64,000 nucleotides of DNA, taken from contig NEEC01000023.1 in the NCBI GenBank assembly GCA_002189035.1, positions 744,001 through 808,000 on the forward strand. The letters are read 5' to 3'. Under the pieces are notes generated by a model. The model saw only the letters and a list, made by a program, of their open reading frames with translations, had not been told where the DNA came from and ran no database searches. The DNA comes from Utricularia gibba (lineage: Eukaryota; Plantae; Magnoliophyta). Shown here piece by piece: positions 61,300 to 64,000 of the stretch. Position numbers and translations under genes: made by a program. How positions within the stretch are numbered: position 1 is the stretch's first letter; each line of letters opens with the position of its first letter.

Positions 61300-64000
61300 C
61301 TATCTTGGAATTCGCTCCATCTCTGTTTGGGCAGAATTCGGGCTATTAAACTTTTCAGATTCTCTTGCTACCTGAATGTCAGTTGGCCAGTAACTTTGCA
61401 CCACAGCTTTTACAATGAACCGAGGGAGAAGTGCTCCCACGATGATCCCAAGCAAACAAATCCAGAATAATGGTGTCCCAGCAACATGAAAGAATGCCCT
61501 GCAAGGTCAAGGTTATTGGTAAAAAAACTCAGTTGCCCTCTTGCCTGTGCTCTTAGTTCATGATATGCAAACTTACCAGTAGCCAGAGAGAAAGGGTAAG
61601 CAATCAACGACCATGACACAGATGAAAGTTGCAACAATTGATCCCCAGATCGAGGCATGCACTATCCAGTTCCATCTCAACACATCCATGGCTAGATGTA
61701 AGTTGACAACCAAGACAATTGCAATGATCCAAAGATCTCCGATGCTTGATACGTCGATCTCGGTAGCCCAGTAAACTGGAATTGCTGCAAAATATATGGC
61801 CACACTTTGCCATAAGGTGTCCAGCATTGTTAACCAGAATAACTTTCCATTGTAGCTCTCGTTTCTCTGGCCAGCTCCATAGAGCTGTGGATGTTTTAGG
61901 AGGGTTCTTCTTGCTAGATCTTTATCCAGTGTTCCGACGATTATTGTAGGCAATGATGTATAAATTACTGAATAAAACATGCCGCTCCAATCTGTGATTG
62001 CAGTGGTTACACCAAAAGCCACATATGGCATGTACCTGAAGAGGATCACCACACAGACTTAGGAACAGTGCTCAGAAAACTAACTTCAATTGGTAAATGG
62101 AAACTCAAGATGGATGCTCACCAAAACAAGACTAGAACATAAACTGCATTTCTGTAAAAGTTATAGAGTAACATGTATGCCATGCGCTGATAATTCCAGT
62201 GTCCATGTACCAGCAACAGTGGCACCAAAAATCGGAATTGAGCCATAGCAAAGTCTGATGCCATGACAGCCTGCCTTCCTTCTTGTCCACTGATTCCAAT
62301 GCCAACATCAGCCTTTTGAATCATTGAAACATCATTTGCACCTGAGATCAAATAAAAGTGAATCGGTTTCCAAATAGCAATTCGGATTAAGTTGTCAATG
62401 TAAAGATGCATACCGTCTCCAATGGCAAGAGTCATATCAGCAGTTCTTTTTTTAACCAGGGCGACAATTCCTGCTTTCTGCAGTGGAGCCACACGGCAGC
62501 ATAACACCACTGCACATTTGGTGGCTAACTCAAAAAGCTGCAGTAAAGATCAAAACACGTGAAGTTCTGCCCTTCTTTCCTCCATCATAGGTGGAGAGAA
62601 CAAACAGATCAGCACATTACCTTCACCTCAAGTTCTGTGTCAAGAATATGAACAAGGCTTGTTCCATCAATGATTAATGCAAAGTCATTGCTAGTTTCGG
62701 TATCAGGAGCATTACTCGGTACCCTCTCTAGTATAAGCAGCAAAGAGTCTTCTATGAGCTTTCTACATGACTCCTTTGAGTTACTGTTTATCAATATCTG
62801 AATCATTTGTCTAGTCAACAGCCTAGAAGAAAACCCAATGGAAATCGCTGTTTCTTGTTTGTCACCTGTTAAAACCCACACTTTTATAGCAGCCATCCTG
62901 AGGGACTCGATCGCCTCCGGAACGCCTTGCTGCAACTTGTCCTCAATACCAGATGCACCTAATATGCTAGGATGATTTTCTATATTGTTGGCTACACTTT
63001 TTAGCAAAGCTGCACGCCCCAGTAAGGCTGAGGTTGCTGATTCATAAGATGACTGCCACTCCTCAAACTCCGGCAAACTCAATTCCCTCTTACCAATTAC
63101 AAGGGTGCGCAGGCCCTTTGAGGAGTAAGCATGAATATGATCCTTAGTGGCGTTCAAAATGTCCATGTTGGAGGAGGTATCCGCCACACTGAACATTGAT
63201 ACATCAGCTCCCTTAATGAACACTTTCACAGTCCCATCAGGGCATCCTAAAACGACTGACATCCTCTTCCGGTTACTATCGAACTCGTGCATACCTAGAA
63301 CATTGAACCTGTATGGATCAGTGGTAAGTATGACTAGAAGATCAGTTCTAGCAAAACTCCCCTCTAAAGATAGAAATAAAACTTTCATTCACCTCTTCCT
63401 GTTACCCTGAATGTCAATCTGTATGTAACCTGAAGTACGCTCCACAAGCATAAAACCATAGGTGGCGGCTGCATACACCAAAGCCTGCTCATCAGGAGAC
63501 TCCCCCTGATATTCTATTAATCTGAGTTCTGGGACAGATGTGCCAACACTTACAGGCACAATTGTGTTACAAGCAGCCAACGCTAGAAAAAAGTCGTGAA
63601 CATGTCTGCCTTCTGTGCTATCTGATCTTGATAGTACGAGAAGTCTCTGATCAACTTTTACAGTCACCTTTGGCTTGAGCACAACCCCATCAACTACAAC
63701 CAATAAAAAAAACTCTGGGTGAATACATCTTCGGAAATATACAAAAACAGGGGAAGAAGAACAATGATGCATAATGGTTTACCTTCAACGGAGTACCCTG
63801 TAGCGAAATCTTCAATACTCGCTTCTCCATTGTTGTAATCTATTCCTCCAATGGATGCACATTGAAACTCCATCTTGTTCTCGGTCAACGTACCAGTTTT
63901 ATCAGAGAACACATATTTTATCTGTCCCAAATCTTCATTTATGTTCAAGGCCCTACACTGAAACCTTGAGTTGGTGGATTCATCAAACATACTCTTATCT
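61300..64000 (-). CDS. ALA1: P4-type phospholipid flippase ALA1-like; 3' part, 5' end outside the window
   Basis: [13 protein letters not shown] phosphorylation motif, [61 protein letters not shown] and C-terminal TM helices; stop 61300-61302. Confidence 0.95.

Overview
This is eukaryotic nuclear DNA from a eudicot plant with a very compact genome: about 22 apparently functional protein-coding genes in 64 kb, most introns 65-130 bp, and intergenic gaps often under 1 kb. A miniature-genome lineage such as Lentibulariaceae would fit, but that is inference only. Gene order: NAC TF (partial), KDSB pseudogene, CDK-like kinase, VQ protein, RabA GTPase, NCL Na+/Ca2+ exchanger, hAT-type MITE, tRNA-Ile(UAU), plant-type PEP carboxylase, conserved unknown protein (At1g53450-like), a 3.8-kb stretch without a protein-coding gene, VTE6-like, HEI10, TPS1, cpSRP43, SEC-C protein, SIB1-like VQ, AGD11-like ARF-GAP, small plastid membrane protein, SINAT pseudogene, group C bZIP, two small unknown proteins, WDL/TPX2, FLK, ALA1 (partial). 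I found no rRNA, CRISPR array or autonomous transposon. Seven single-base deletions, all in G/C homopolymers of otherwise intact genes, look like assembly errors; KDSB and SINAT are genuinely degraded. The most interesting signal is a PEPC with a conserved catalytic core but clustered changes at its regulatory sites: Gln at the Flaveria Arg884 malate/aspartate-inhibition position within a 6-of-13-residue divergent patch, and loss of the basic -3 residue of the N-terminal phosphorylation motif. Next are a VTE6 homolog without a plastid transit peptide, in-place decay of KDSB, two convergent spliced non-coding candidates and a candidate poison exon in FLK. All homology calls are from my recognition of motifs; no database search was run.
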